Virus record (IMG/VR): IMGVR_UViG_3300042922_001018 | Source of the DNA: a virus | Lineage: Duplodnaviria > Heunggongvirae > Uroviricota > Caudoviricetes | DNA: 64,000 nucleotides | Reading direction: 5' to 3' (one strand) | Part shown: piece after piece, positions 38,414 through 47,611 of the stretch | Layout: the number at the start of each line of letters is the position of its first letter | Numbering within the stretch: the stretch's first letter is position 1 | Position numbers and translations under genes: made by a program | Notes under the pieces: model-generated | The model's database searches: none | What the model was told of the DNA's origin: nothing | The model's input: the letters and a program-made list of their open reading frames with translations, nothing else

Positions 38414-38635
38414 TCAGTCGTCGAGGATTTTCGTCTCCCAGGTGCCGTCCGGCCGCTGGTTGGCGATGCCCGCCTTGCCTGTCGTCATGGCCTCCATCAT
38501 GAAGTTCCATGCCGGGTCACCCTCGCGGATGCTCCCATCGGCGCGGTAGTCAAGCGGGTTGTCCACAGGCGCGTCCCGCATGTCGTTGGACGGCTCCGCC
38601 TCTGTCTTCGCCTTCTTCCGACTGAACCAGCCCAT
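38414..38635 (-). CDS. hypothetical protein (73 aa)
   Basis: MGWFSRKK start; coupled to the upstream gene. Confidence 0.65.
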   Translation of the reverse strand: MGWFSRKKAKTEAEPSNDMRDAPVDNPLDYRADGSIREGDPAWNFMMEAMTTGKAGIANQRPDGTWETKILDD

Positions 38636-39372
38636 CAGACCGAGGCGGGGTCGGAGTTGAAGCCGATGTACGCGGCGCCGACGATGAAACGGTCATCGTA
38701 CGCGAGCGTTTCATCCGCAGCCGCATCGTTTGCCGAGAAGTCGAGCAGCGTGAACGCGTAGTATGCCGTCAGCGCGAGGTTGTGGAACCCCGTCGCCTCA
38801 TCGACCGAGCGACCCGCCCAGTATTCGTTGACGTGATGCTGGAGCAGCGAGTAGTACACGCCCCAGTTCTTCGTCTCGGCGACTCCGAGCGTCCCGTAGA
38901 CCTCCGCGACCATCGCGAGGGGACGCAGCGGGATGAGGTCGTACCGAGCCGTCACGCCTTCAACCACGCGGTCCGGGTCTTTCATGTTCTCGTCGTTCTC
39001 GCGGTATGCCAGCGGGGCACGGGTGAAGCTCTCGCCCACGTAGTCGTACTGGCGGTCGTCGAACTCCGGGTGCATCTCCTGCGACTCGATGAGCGTGAAA
39101 GCGTGCCAGGCCACCGACGAAAGGTGGCTGAGCTGCATCTCGATGTCGATGTTCTCACCAGCCCAGAAGAGGTTCGCGTGGCGCTGGAGGGCAGAGTACG
39201 ACTTCGACTGCTCGTAGCCGCGACGGAAGTTGTGCGCGTCGTACTTGCGGGCACCGTTGCCGTAGAGGGTCGCCAGCTCTCGTAGAGCGAAAGGCGGGAT
39301 GAGCGCGTAGGCCTGCTTCTTCACGCCCTTCGCACCGCCGGTCGATGAGACGCTTCGTGTTTCCTTCGTCAT
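38635..39372 (-). CDS. tandem DUF5664 (dATP/dGTP diphosphohydrolase-like) protein
   Basis: GGAKG...YALIPP...GARKYDAHNFRRG...ALQRH...HL; second degenerate copy RYDLIPL...LQHH...GFHNL. Confidence 0.8.
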   Translation of the reverse strand: MTKETRSVSSTGGAKGVKKQAYALIPPFALRELATLYGNGARKYDAHNFRRGYEQSKSYSALQRHANLFWAGENIDIEMQLSHLSSVAWHAFTLIESQEMHPEFDDRQYDYVGESFTRAPLAYRENDENMKDPDRVVEGVTARYDLIPLRPLAMVAEVYGTLGVAETKNWGVYYSLLQHHVNEYWAGRSVDEATGFHNLALTAYYAFTLLDFSANDAAADETLAYDDRFIVGAAYIGFNSDPASV

Positions 39373-40964
39373 GCGTTGTTCCTGTTCTTCTTGATGTCAG
39401 CGGTGATACCTGCGATGTCGAGACCCGAGAACGCCTTCTTCGCGATGGCCTTCTCCTGAGCGAACGTTTTCTTCTTCTCTTCCTCCGACGTGGCGGCACC
39501 TGAGAAGGTCTCGACCCACTCTACACCCAGCGGGTCGAGATGCCGCTGGGCGCGAGTGACGGCCACGTAGGAGAGCATGACCTCTTCCACGGACACCGTG
39601 TCACCACGAGGCGCTCGGAAGTCATCGGCAACGGTGACCTGGAACCACTCCAGACCCTTCGCCGCGTGAGCGGTCGAGACGATGGTCCGCGCCTGTCCTG
39701 CCTCCACGCAGTTGTCGATGGAGCGGACCACAGCGTCAGGGCCGTAGTCGTCGATGAGGGAGACGAGCTTTCCCAGCTCAGCGTCAGCCTCTTCCTCGAC
39801 ATGGTTCTGAACCTGCTTCCAGGAGCCGAACATCGAGAGGTCAGCGTGATTCGTCTTGCCCTTGTCGTGGAGTTCCTTCGCCGCAACGGCGAGCTTCCGA
39901 AGCTCCTGTGGGACGTGGCGTCCGCCGATAGCCGTGGAGTGGCCCTGCTGCTGCGCCTTCGCCAGCTCGACCAGCGCGCCCATGTTGGTGCGGGTGAGGA
40001 TGGCTTCCGGCTGACGCTTCGTTGCGCGGAACACACTGGAAGGCAGTCCGGGCATACCGCTGAGACGGAAGTCACCGAGGAGCGCTAGGAAGCGGTTCGC
40101 GTAGTCCGCGATGGCGTCTCCGAAGCGGAAGGACTGTGAGAGGTCATACCCAGTGCCACCGAACGCGTCCATCGCAGAGATAGCGCCACGCCACCCGTAG
40201 ATGGCCTGTGCCCGGTCGCCGACGACGACGACCTGAGCGTTCTTCTGGGACTCGATGAGGCCAATCATCAGGGGGTCCGTGTCCTGCGCCTCGTCCAGCA
40301 GGATGAAGTCGTAAGGTAGCTCGGGGTTGGAGAGCGCGTACATCTTCAGGTAGTGGTCGTGGCTGAACTTCAGCTTGCCGTCGAGCGCGACGACATCGTT
40401 CCAGTACGACTTCGCGTACCCGAGAACATAGTCGCCGAGCTGGCGCTTGCCTTCCTCGGTGAGGCGGAACGCCGGGTCGAACGCGATGTGGGAGACCTGG
40501 AACTCCGTGTCGGCCGAATGGCAGAAGCCGGAGACGGCGCTTTCCACGAGCTTGACAAGCTGCTGAGCGCTCACGGCGCCAACAGAGCCACCATCGTTCA
40601 GGCCACGGAGGCTGAACTTCCCCTGGCGGTTGATGCTCAGCACGTCCGCCTTGTCGGTCCAACGCTGCCACTTGCTCGCGTTCATCCGGTGCTGACGCGG
40701 AGCGCCGAACTCGGCATAGGCGAGGGAGTGGATGGTCCGCGAGACGACAGGGGTGCCAGCGAAGCGTCGCTGTGCTTCCTCGGCGATGGGCTTGTTGAAC
40801 GCGAGGTAGATGCCGTTCTGGCCCTTCGGCTTCGCCTCATCCGCAAGAAGCCGAAGCGAGGCGGTCTTTCCCGTCCCCGCTCCTGCGTTGATGACGAGGT
40901 TCTGGCCGGTACGGAAACCGTCGCGAATGGCTACTTGCTCGTCTGTAGGAGAAAACTCAGGCAC
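39369..40964 (-). CDS. UvrD/Rep-like SF1 helicase
   Basis: AGAGTGKT, YLAFN, LLDEAQD, VGDRAQAIYGWRGA, LSQSFRFG, STAHAAKGLEW, YVAVTRA. Confidence 0.92.
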   Translation of the reverse strand: MPEFSPTDEQVAIRDGFRTGQNLVINAGAGTGKTASLRLLADEAKPKGQNGIYLAFNKPIAEEAQRRFAGTPVVSRTIHSLAYAEFGAPRQHRMNASKWQRWTDKADVLSINRQGKFSLRGLNDGGSVGAVSAQQLVKLVESAVSGFCHSADTEFQVSHIAFDPAFRLTEEGKRQLGDYVLGYAKSYWNDVVALDGKLKFSHDHYLKMYALSNPELPYDFILLDEAQDTDPLMIGLIESQKNAQVVVVGDRAQAIYGWRGAISAMDAFGGTGYDLSQSFRFGDAIADYANRFLALLGDFRLSGMPGLPSSVFRATKRQPEAILTRTNMGALVELAKAQQQGHSTAIGGRHVPQELRKLAVAAKELHDKGKTNHADLSMFGSWKQVQNHVEEEADAELGKLVSLIDDYGPDAVVRSIDNCVEAGQARTIVSTAHAAKGLEWFQVTVADDFRAPRGDTVSVEEVMLSYVAVTRAQRHLDPLGVEWVETFSGAATSEEEKKKTFAQEKAIAKKAFSGLDIAGITADIKKNRNNA

Positions 40965-41505
40965 CCGCCAAGCCTAACACATGTCCGCGCGGACGAACCG
41001 GCCGAACCATGATTTGCACTGGCTCATCGGGAGACTCCATCGCCACTTCGTCACCGGGATTACCCAGCGGCAGGAAGCCCTCCGCCGCATACAGCGGCCC
41101 CACTCCGGCGGAGACCCGCGTGAAGTACGAAAGCCCTACCGCTGCACGTTCCGCGTCGGCATGTTCGAGTGCCCGGCTGAGAAGCGCACGAGCGATGCCA
41201 GACCGACGAGCGGACGGCACAGTGAACAGTCTGCTCACTTCGTAGTAGCTCGTGTATCCAGCCAGCGCTCGCTGCATCGGTTCCCAAATGGGGAGGGACA
41301 GGCTGACGTGACCAACTACTTCGTCACCGTCCAGTGCGATGAAGCGCGCCAGCGTTTTCCCGTCGGATGTGTCGAGGTAGCCGTCGATTCCCTGTTCGCG
41401 CTGAAGTGGCGTAGGGTACTGCTCCTGTGCTGCGAACATCTCGGCGGTTGCGGAACGCAGCGCGTCGCTGTAACGACCTTCGTATGGGAGGTATCGAGCT
41501 GTCAC
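40957..41505 (-). CDS. GNAT acetyltransferase
   Basis: VSRLFTVPSARRSGIARALL...LYAAEGF. Confidence 0.8.
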   Translation of the reverse strand: MTARYLPYEGRYSDALRSATAEMFAAQEQYPTPLQREQGIDGYLDTSDGKTLARFIALDGDEVVGHVSLSLPIWEPMQRALAGYTSYYEVSRLFTVPSARRSGIARALLSRALEHADAERAAVGLSYFTRVSAGVGPLYAAEGFLPLGNPGDEVAMESPDEPVQIMVRPVRPRGHVLGLAGA

Positions 41506-42128
41506 TGGTCTTCGAGACGACGGCGCGGCCGACGCTCCGTGTTCTCCTGTGCTGCTTCGACTGCGTCCCTGGTCGCAGAATCGCTCAGAACGGCCTTCTC
41601 GTCGTCTGTGAGGACCGAAATGCTCTCCCGCGTCCCGTACAGCGTCTTGACGTACTCGGCGTGCTCAGCGGCTTCGTCCTCGCTAACGAGTGCGACGTTC
41701 GGCTCCTTCGCCTCGCCCTTGACGTACTCCTCACCGTTGCCCGTACGGCGCATGGTGTACTCGCCGTTGCGACGTTCCAGCACGAGACCGATGCCGTGCG
41801 CGATGTACGAGTTCTTGCCGCGCACGTCGGCCTCGTCATCAGGGAAGTCCTTCGTCAGCTTGAACGCGTCGCCGACATCGAGGTTCAGCCCGTATCGCTC
41901 ATTGATGGCCTTCAGGTTCGCCCGCGCGGCTCGAAGGTCACCCTGCTCGTTCTTGACGCGCTGGTAGAGGAAGAGAGCAGTCGCGATGACGAACAGGCCC
42001 ACGGTGCCCCAGACCCAGTTCACGTACGTCGTGATGACGGCGATGAAGATGGGAGCGATAGACAGGCAGAGCAGGGCCATGCCGATGTAGCTGAGGTTCT
42101 TGTTGGGCTTGTAGAGGACGATGTTCAT
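41502..42128 (-). CDS. membrane-anchored hypothetical protein
   Basis: Two N-terminal TM helices; leaderless start. Confidence 0.65.
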   Translation of the reverse strand: MNIVLYKPNKNLSYIGMALLCLSIAPIFIAVITTYVNWVWGTVGLFVIATALFLYQRVKNEQGDLRAARANLKAINERYGLNLDVGDAFKLTKDFPDDEADVRGKNSYIAHGIGLVLERRNGEYTMRRTGNGEEYVKGEAKEPNVALVSEDEAAEHAEYVKTLYGTRESISVLTDDEKAVLSDSATRDAVEAAQENTERRPRRRLEDQ

Positions 42129-42165
42129 TCGTACAGCCTAGCACTTGCTGCTGTGGTCGCTGCGC

Positions 42166-42597
42166 TCAGTACAGCTCTCGCTGCGGCGGCGTGTAAGGCG
42201 CACCATCGTGGTCCAAGTCCTCACCCGCATCGTACTCGGTCGCTGCGACCCGAAGGGAATCCCGCGAGCTACGCCGGACATGGCGGATGCGCTCGCGTCG
42301 GTTCTTCTTCTCCCACCGCCCCGTGTCCCGGTTGACCCACATCATCCCCTTGTGACAGGGAGCCAGGAGGCCACCCAACTGCGACGAGTCCACGTCCACG
42401 GTGCAGAAGTCCGCGAACGTGCCCTGAAGTGTCTTCACCCGGTCGTACTCACCGTCGGCGTTCTTGACGAGACGGTCGTAGTAGTGGTCCCGGCCGAAGA
42501 GGACATGCGAGTGGTACTCGTAGCGACGAACATCCGGGTACGCCGCATCGTCGCGCACCATCACGTGATGCGGCAAGTCTTTCCTCGTGCGGGACAT
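42166..42597 (-). CDS. 'MSRT' family basic protein (1 of 3)
   Basis: MSRTRKD...FADFCTVD...PCH; Arg-rich C-terminal helix. Confidence 0.7.
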   Translation of the reverse strand: MSRTRKDLPHHVMVRDDAAYPDVRRYEYHSHVLFGRDHYYDRLVKNADGEYDRVKTLQGTFADFCTVDVDSSQLGGLLAPCHKGMMWVNRDTGRWEKKNRRERIRHVRRSSRDSLRVAATEYDAGEDLDHDGAPYTPPQRELY

Positions 42598-42617
42598 AGC
42601 GCTCAGCCTAGCACGAA

Positions 42618-43148
42618 TCAGTACCACCAGGAAGCCCCGCGGCGGTGGCGGGTTTCCAGCACGTCGAAGCTGTCCTCGATGTCACCGTTGGCGCGGTACT
42701 CAGCGACGTGGCGTCGCAAGGTGTCGCGAACGTGGCGCCGGTCACCCGCGTACCAGTCGCGCTCCTCAGCCTGGCTGTTGCCCTGGCGCATGCGGCCGAA
42801 GGCGGGACGGCAGGGCGGCAGGATGCCAGCGGGCAGGTCACGCGGGTGGATGTCCGCGGTGCAGTAATCCGCGAAGTGACCCACGACCACCGACTCGAAG
42901 CGGTACCGCTTCACGAGACGCTTCTCGTACCGGTAGACCGGCCACTGCCCGCTCGTGTCGAGAACGGCGCGGTCCACCTCTTCGATGGTGAAGAGCGGGT
43001 TGCCGCGCTCGTCCTTCATCATCCGGGTGCGGTGGCGCGCACGACCGAACATGAAGTGCCAGTGGAGCGCGTAACGGGGGTTCTCCGGGTAAGCCGTCTT
43101 GTCGCGAGCGATGACATCGTACGGCCGGTCCTTGTCCGTGCGGGACAT
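42618..43148 (-). CDS. 'MSRT' family basic protein (2 of 3)
   Basis: MSRTDKDRP...FADYCTAD...PCR. Confidence 0.75.
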   Translation of the reverse strand: MSRTDKDRPYDVIARDKTAYPENPRYALHWHFMFGRARHRTRMMKDERGNPLFTIEEVDRAVLDTSGQWPVYRYEKRLVKRYRFESVVVGHFADYCTADIHPRDLPAGILPPCRPAFGRMRQGNSQAEERDWYAGDRRHVRDTLRRHVAEYRANGDIEDSFDVLETRHRRGASWWY

Positions 43149-43154
43149 GGTGTT

Positions 43155-43271
43155 CTCTCCTTAGTGCAAGATGCGCGAAACAACCGTGACGCAGGTACGT
43201 CACGGTGCACGTCGCGCTAGGCAAGGTGCCTAACTATGCACTAGGTGGAAGAACTTCATGGAGCTATCGTA
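43155..43271 (-). promoter_or_regulatory. candidate leader-peptide attenuator (MKFFHLVHS at 43230-43259)
   Basis: TACGAT-N6-ATG uORF; TAGTGCA in the uORF pairs with TGCACTA abutting the AGGAGAG RBS; two internal hairpins. Confidence 0.5.
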
Positions 43272-44237
43272 TCACACGATTGTTTCAAGTGAATGAGCAT
43301 CCAGAGCCGCAAGGACCGCGCGCACCACAGGAGGCGGTGTAGCGCGGGTGATTTGGGTGAACACCGACTTCCGGTTTCCCGCGAACTTCGTGGTGGGGGT
43401 GAACCCCTGAAGAAGTGCGGCCTCCTCTGGCGAGATGAGACGGGACTGCATCTGCGTCACCGGCGTCTGCACAACGTCGCGGTACAGGAGGCGTTCGCGC
43501 GCATTCGGTCGTTCGTTGAACGAGTCGATGAGCACAAGGTCGCGTGCGCGCGGCGTGAGAGTGCGGATGGGGACGCTCAGCGGCGTGCAGACGCGCTCGG
43601 AGAGGAACCACAGGTCCGGCGGGAGGCTCAACACGTCAGCAGCGCTACGCCAGAGCGGGAGGCTGTCATCCGTGCGGTACGGCGCCTGATGGTTGTACCG
43701 AGAGTGAGTCGGCGCGGGACACTTCGCTTCCACGCCATCGCGACGAGCGAGGAGATAGGCGCGAGGTCGAAGCTGAGCGACGCCGTACTGTTCAGCGTGC
43801 AGGATGCCTGCCCACACGCTGTACCCGATGGCGCGGAACACGTCAGCGACGGCCTCGAAGAGAGGCAGGTACTCCGGCTCTTGCTCGAAAGCGGCAGCTC
43901 GCGGGAGGAATCGAGCAACATGCGTCACGGGGAGCAGCGCGTCTCCGACATCTTCCAGCTCACGGAGTGCGGCCATGTCATCCCACAGACCGCCGTGGAT
44001 GCGTTCCGCAAGCTGCGCGGGCTTGACACCCTTCGGCAGCGGCAGGTAGGCCCAGTACAGGTCGGTGGGGAACTCCCGCACCGTGTCGAAGTCCCAGATG
44101 TCCACGAAAGGTGTGGACAGACCGAGAAGGCTGCGAGTGGCAAGCAAGTCGTCCATGACGCCGAGGTCTTGGGTTTTCGAGCCGTACTCCTTCGCGGCTA
44201 CGGTCACGCCGATACCGCCGAATGCGTTGAGAATCAC
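43272..44237 (-). CDS. degenerate C5 DNA methyltransferase-like protein
   Basis: NAFGGIG (motif I), EQE (VI), GVAQLRPR (VIII), LLQGF (IX), QITRATPP (X); catalytic PC replaced. Confidence 0.7.
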   Translation of the reverse strand: MILNAFGGIGVTVAAKEYGSKTQDLGVMDDLLATRSLLGLSTPFVDIWDFDTVREFPTDLYWAYLPLPKGVKPAQLAERIHGGLWDDMAALRELEDVGDALLPVTHVARFLPRAAAFEQEPEYLPLFEAVADVFRAIGYSVWAGILHAEQYGVAQLRPRAYLLARRDGVEAKCPAPTHSRYNHQAPYRTDDSLPLWRSAADVLSLPPDLWFLSERVCTPLSVPIRTLTPRARDLVLIDSFNERPNARERLLYRDVVQTPVTQMQSRLISPEEAALLQGFTPTTKFAGNRKSVFTQITRATPPPVVRAVLAALDAHSLETIV

Positions 44238-44557
44238 GCTGCTACATACTCCTTCTGGGCGCGAAGGGATTCCATCTTGCCTGCACGCCTCGTCTGCTTG
44301 GTCTTCTTACGGCGTCCGTCGCGGTCAGTACACATCGGGCATCCACACGTAGAGACGTGGGAGAACCAGTCGTAGCGGCAGCGGAGACGCACGTACCGAG
44401 GGTTGTCGTGGAGGTACATCTCGCGGGCCTCTGCCATGGACGGCAGTTCGCAGGGCGCGCCATCGCGATGGTCATGGTCTTCCTCGAAACGGACCTTCGT
44501 GTCGGCCGTATCGAAAGCTCGAACGAGAGGAGGCCGAGTCTTACGAGTCCTGGACAT
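44234..44557 (-). CDS. 'MSRT' family basic protein (3 of 3)
   Basis: MSRTRKTRP...HDHRDGAPCELP...CRY...CGCPMC. Confidence 0.7.
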   Translation of the reverse strand: MSRTRKTRPPLVRAFDTADTKVRFEEDHDHRDGAPCELPSMAEAREMYLHDNPRYVRLRCRYDWFSHVSTCGCPMCTDRDGRRKKTKQTRRAGKMESLRAQKEYVAA

Positions 44558-44569
44558 GGCCTCAGTCTA

Positions 44570-45148
44570 TCACGATGCAGCGGGGAGGGATGTTGCCCCA
44601 GGCAATGTACAGGTTCCGAGGTAGTGCAGGCGCTCGTACGGGATGCCTTGCGACGATGCGTAGATGTCAGCCCAGCACTCGCTGTCGAGAGTTCCCATAC
44701 CGGTGGTTGTAGACCCGCCAACCGGCCAGGCTCCGCGAGCTTGAAGGATGTGCGCGTATTCGTGGATGAGGACGTAGACATGCTCGTCTTCGCCCATCTC
44801 CGGGGACAAGTAGATGCGCTCCGGGGAGGTGCCCATGTAGACGCAGCCGCCCTTGCTTATTGCGCCGTTGGCATCCGGCTGCGCGGCACAGTTCAGCTCC
44901 GGGTCTTCAGTGTAGACGAGCTGAACTCCGTCAGCTTCGATGCGCTCAGCCAGTTCGTCAGACGACAACACGGCGCTGCCGGTCACGACTTCGTCCTGCT
45001 TCGTGGTGCTCGACTCGGTGCCGAGGTACCAGCCGCCCATCAGCAGCGCCAGGCCGATGATGACGGCGATAGGGTACATCAGGATGCTTGTGCGCCGCTT
45101 CTCTGGCGGCGCCGCAATGATGTCGATGTCAGTGGTGACGGTGTTCAT
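44570..45148 (-). CDS. membrane-anchored HEXXH metallopeptidase-like protein
   Basis: N-terminal TM; LIHEYAHILQ...ECWAD. Confidence 0.75.
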   Translation of the reverse strand: MNTVTTDIDIIAAPPEKRRTSILMYPIAVIIGLALLMGGWYLGTESSTTKQDEVVTGSAVLSSDELAERIEADGVQLVYTEDPELNCAAQPDANGAISKGGCVYMGTSPERIYLSPEMGEDEHVYVLIHEYAHILQARGAWPVGGSTTTGMGTLDSECWADIYASSQGIPYERLHYLGTCTLPGATSLPAAS

Positions 45149-45858
45149 GCAGCCTTCGACTCTTCGGCCAACGCGGCCTCGACACGGGCAAGGTCTTCAG
45201 CGAAGTCAACTTCGATGGCAGTGTACGGCGTGATGTCAACCGGCTCGAAAGCGATACGCGACGCAGAAGCGGACAGCTCGATAGCGCGCTCGAAATAGTC
45301 CTGCTCGCGCACAGCATTCAGCCAGTACAGGAACTCGCCCTTGTCGTCGGCCGAGATGTAGTTGATGCCTACAGCTTCACCGAGAGCCACGGTGGGCGAG
45401 ATGTCCTTGGAGATGCGGTCGATGTGCCCGTACTCGTCCAGCGTGTACTTGACTTCCTCATCCGCTACCCGCGAGCGGTCAACCGCCACCCCGTTCCGGC
45501 CGGTCACAACGATGGGCTGAAACGCCCGAAGAACGCCTTCATCGAACACAAGGTCGCCGTTTACCCAGAGCACGCCTTCATCGAAGGGCGTCCCGTGCAT
45601 AGCGCCGAGTAGCGTCTTCGCGGTATTCGTTGAAGCGAAGTCCGCGTTGTAGTGCTTCCGGATGTCCGGGTAGGCGTCCACAATGTCTTCGACCTGATGG
45701 CCTACTGCAATCGTGATGGAGGCTTCGGGGAACACGGAACGAAAAGCTCGAAGCTGGCGCTCCAGGATGGTCGTGCCGTCGCCGACTGGCGTCAGAGACT
45801 TCGGGAACGGCTTGCCGAGACGCGTTCCCTTCCCCGCTGCCAGGATGACGATGTGCAC
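45145..45858 (-). CDS. NTP transferase (LicC/phosphocholine cytidylyltransferase-like)
   Basis: ILAAGKGTRL..PKSL, NGDLVFD, DEEVKY, GEAVGI, EVDFAEDL. Confidence 0.85.
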   Translation of the reverse strand: MHIVILAAGKGTRLGKPFPKSLTPVGDGTTILERQLRAFRSVFPEASITIAVGHQVEDIVDAYPDIRKHYNADFASTNTAKTLLGAMHGTPFDEGVLWVNGDLVFDEGVLRAFQPIVVTGRNGVAVDRSRVADEEVKYTLDEYGHIDRISKDISPTVALGEAVGINYISADDKGEFLYWLNAVREQDYFERAIELSASASRIAFEPVDITPYTAIEVDFAEDLARVEAALAEESKAA

Positions 45859-45947
45859 GTCACCCAGGATACCATCACGCTCGCAGGACGGGCGGTTAGC
45901 CTACTCGGCGAGCCAGGAAGATGCCGACTGGCACGAGGTCGAATCCG

Positions 45948-46907
45948 TCATCTCCCCGACGCCGCAATCGACTGAGGAGGCACCACGGTCAGCGTGACGG
46001 TATCATCACGGCCTTCCAGGAGACGGGGACGCGCCTCGAACGTCTCTCGCAGCTCGTCATCCGAATGCTTCCGGATGTCCACCGATACCCACTCGCCGCC
46101 GTCCCAGTCCAGGCTCCGGTCCCACGGGCAGATGACGCGGCGCCACTTGTAGTGCGAGTGGCGTTCGGTGTCCGTCGGGTCAGTGGGGTTCACACTCGAA
46201 TACTGCATGACCATCGTGTTGTGGACCTTGCGTGCCGGGTCTGCTTCCAAGGCAAGGAAGTCCTCCGGTGCCAGACGCTCGACGACGAACTGGAACACAC
46301 GGAACACCTCGCCATGACCGACGGCCACCATGTTCTCCACACCGTCACGACGGTAGAAGGAAGTCATCAGCGACTCGACCCGGCCCCGCAGACCGGTCGC
46401 GAGCGACTCGCCGCCCTGCGGCTTCCAGTACCACTCGTGCAGCGAACGGACACGACGCGTTGCGTCATCCATCGCTCGGTGCGAAACGACCTCGCCCCAG
46501 TCGCGCTCGCGCAGACGGTCTTCGACGCGCCATTCGCCGTCCAGGTGGAGATGGAACGCCGTCTCACGGGTACGAACGTGAGGGGAGACGTAGAACCGGT
46601 CGAAGCCTGCGTGCGGAGTCCCCGCCTCGATGTACTCGCGGATACGCTCCGCGCGCTCGACACTTCCCATCGCTTCGGCGAACTGGAGAGCGTCCTGCGC
46701 TTCGCGGAGCGCTTCAGCGAACAGCCACTCGCCAGCCGCTTCTGCCTGCTCTACACCGAGCGGGGACAGACGCATGTAGCTGTCATGACGCCCATCGTAA
46801 GCGTCGATGGGCAGCTCGGTCTCACGTCCCGCCTTGATGAGGCGCTGCGCGACGTTCGCCTCGGACTCGCCGTGGCGGATGAGCGTGAGTCGTGTGGGGA
46901 GCGTCAT
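45948..46907 (-). CDS. histidine phosphatase (PGAM-like)
   Basis: LIRHGESEAN, VSPHVRTRET, LRERDWG, VGHG. Confidence 0.9.
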   Translation of the reverse strand: MTLPTRLTLIRHGESEANVAQRLIKAGRETELPIDAYDGRHDSYMRLSPLGVEQAEAAGEWLFAEALREAQDALQFAEAMGSVERAERIREYIEAGTPHAGFDRFYVSPHVRTRETAFHLHLDGEWRVEDRLRERDWGEVVSHRAMDDATRRVRSLHEWYWKPQGGESLATGLRGRVESLMTSFYRRDGVENMVAVGHGEVFRVFQFVVERLAPEDFLALEADPARKVHNTMVMQYSSVNPTDPTDTERHSHYKWRRVICPWDRSLDWDGGEWVSVDIRKHSDDELRETFEARPRLLEGRDDTVTLTVVPPQSIAASGR

Positions 46908-46940
46908 GGCACCAGTGTACCACGACAGGACGAGAGCTGT

Positions 46941-47129
46941 CTACCGACGCTGTGTCTGAAGGTCGCGCCGTGCCGCAGCCGCGGACTTACCTTCACCGAC
47001 GATGAAGTGACCCTGGACGCTGCGGCCGGTCACGTAGTAGTTCCACCCGAGAGGCCACTTGCGCTTCTTCGCGAGCAACCGGAAAGTGGGGTGGTCCGGG
47101 AGGCGGTCGTACGAGCGAGTCGTTCTCAT
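46941..47129 (-). CDS. small basic hypothetical protein
   Basis: 62 aa ORF, ATGA-coupled to the macro gene. Confidence 0.5.
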   Translation of the reverse strand: MRTTRSYDRLPDHPTFRLLAKKRKWPLGWNYYVTGRSVQGHFIVGEGKSAAAARRDLQTQRR

Positions 47130-47572
47130 CGGTCGAAAGTCCAGACCTCGATGTCAACACCGTGCTTCGTGGACAGAGCGTCATAGACAGGTTCCACATC
47201 ATCCCACTGGAGACCGCCGATGCCACAGCCGATGAGCGGAAGAGCGATGCGGTCGAACCCCTGGGTCGCGGCGTGGCCGAGAGCGCGGTCTAGGCCGTCC
47301 TCCAGCCATTCCAGACGCGCGTTCGCGCCGGGAGCGTCCTGCGACGCGATGTTGTACACGTCGGGCTTCTCCGGGTCTTTCCAATAGAACACGCGGCCCG
47401 GCTGGAGGAGCTTCTGCGCACAGTGAGCCGCGTACTGCTCATACATTGCCGGGTACTCACGGCGGAACCGCACCGCGATGCCTGCGCCCATGACACCGAA
47501 GACGTTGACACCATGGCCGAGAGCCGGAGCGTCCGAGTCGAACAAGTCGCCGGAGAAGTGGAGAAGGGTCAT
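47126..47572 (-). CDS. macro domain (TARG1/DarG-like ADP-ribose hydrolase)
   Basis: GDLF, HGVNVFGVMGAGIA, IALPLIGCGIGGLQW. Confidence 0.9.
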   Translation of the reverse strand: MTLLHFSGDLFDSDAPALGHGVNVFGVMGAGIAVRFRREYPAMYEQYAAHCAQKLLQPGRVFYWKDPEKPDVYNIASQDAPGANARLEWLEDGLDRALGHAATQGFDRIALPLIGCGIGGLQWDDVEPVYDALSTKHGVDIEVWTFDR

Positions 47573-47611
47573 GCCGCTGAGCCTACCACAGTTTCATCGC
47601 GAGTAGGGTGC

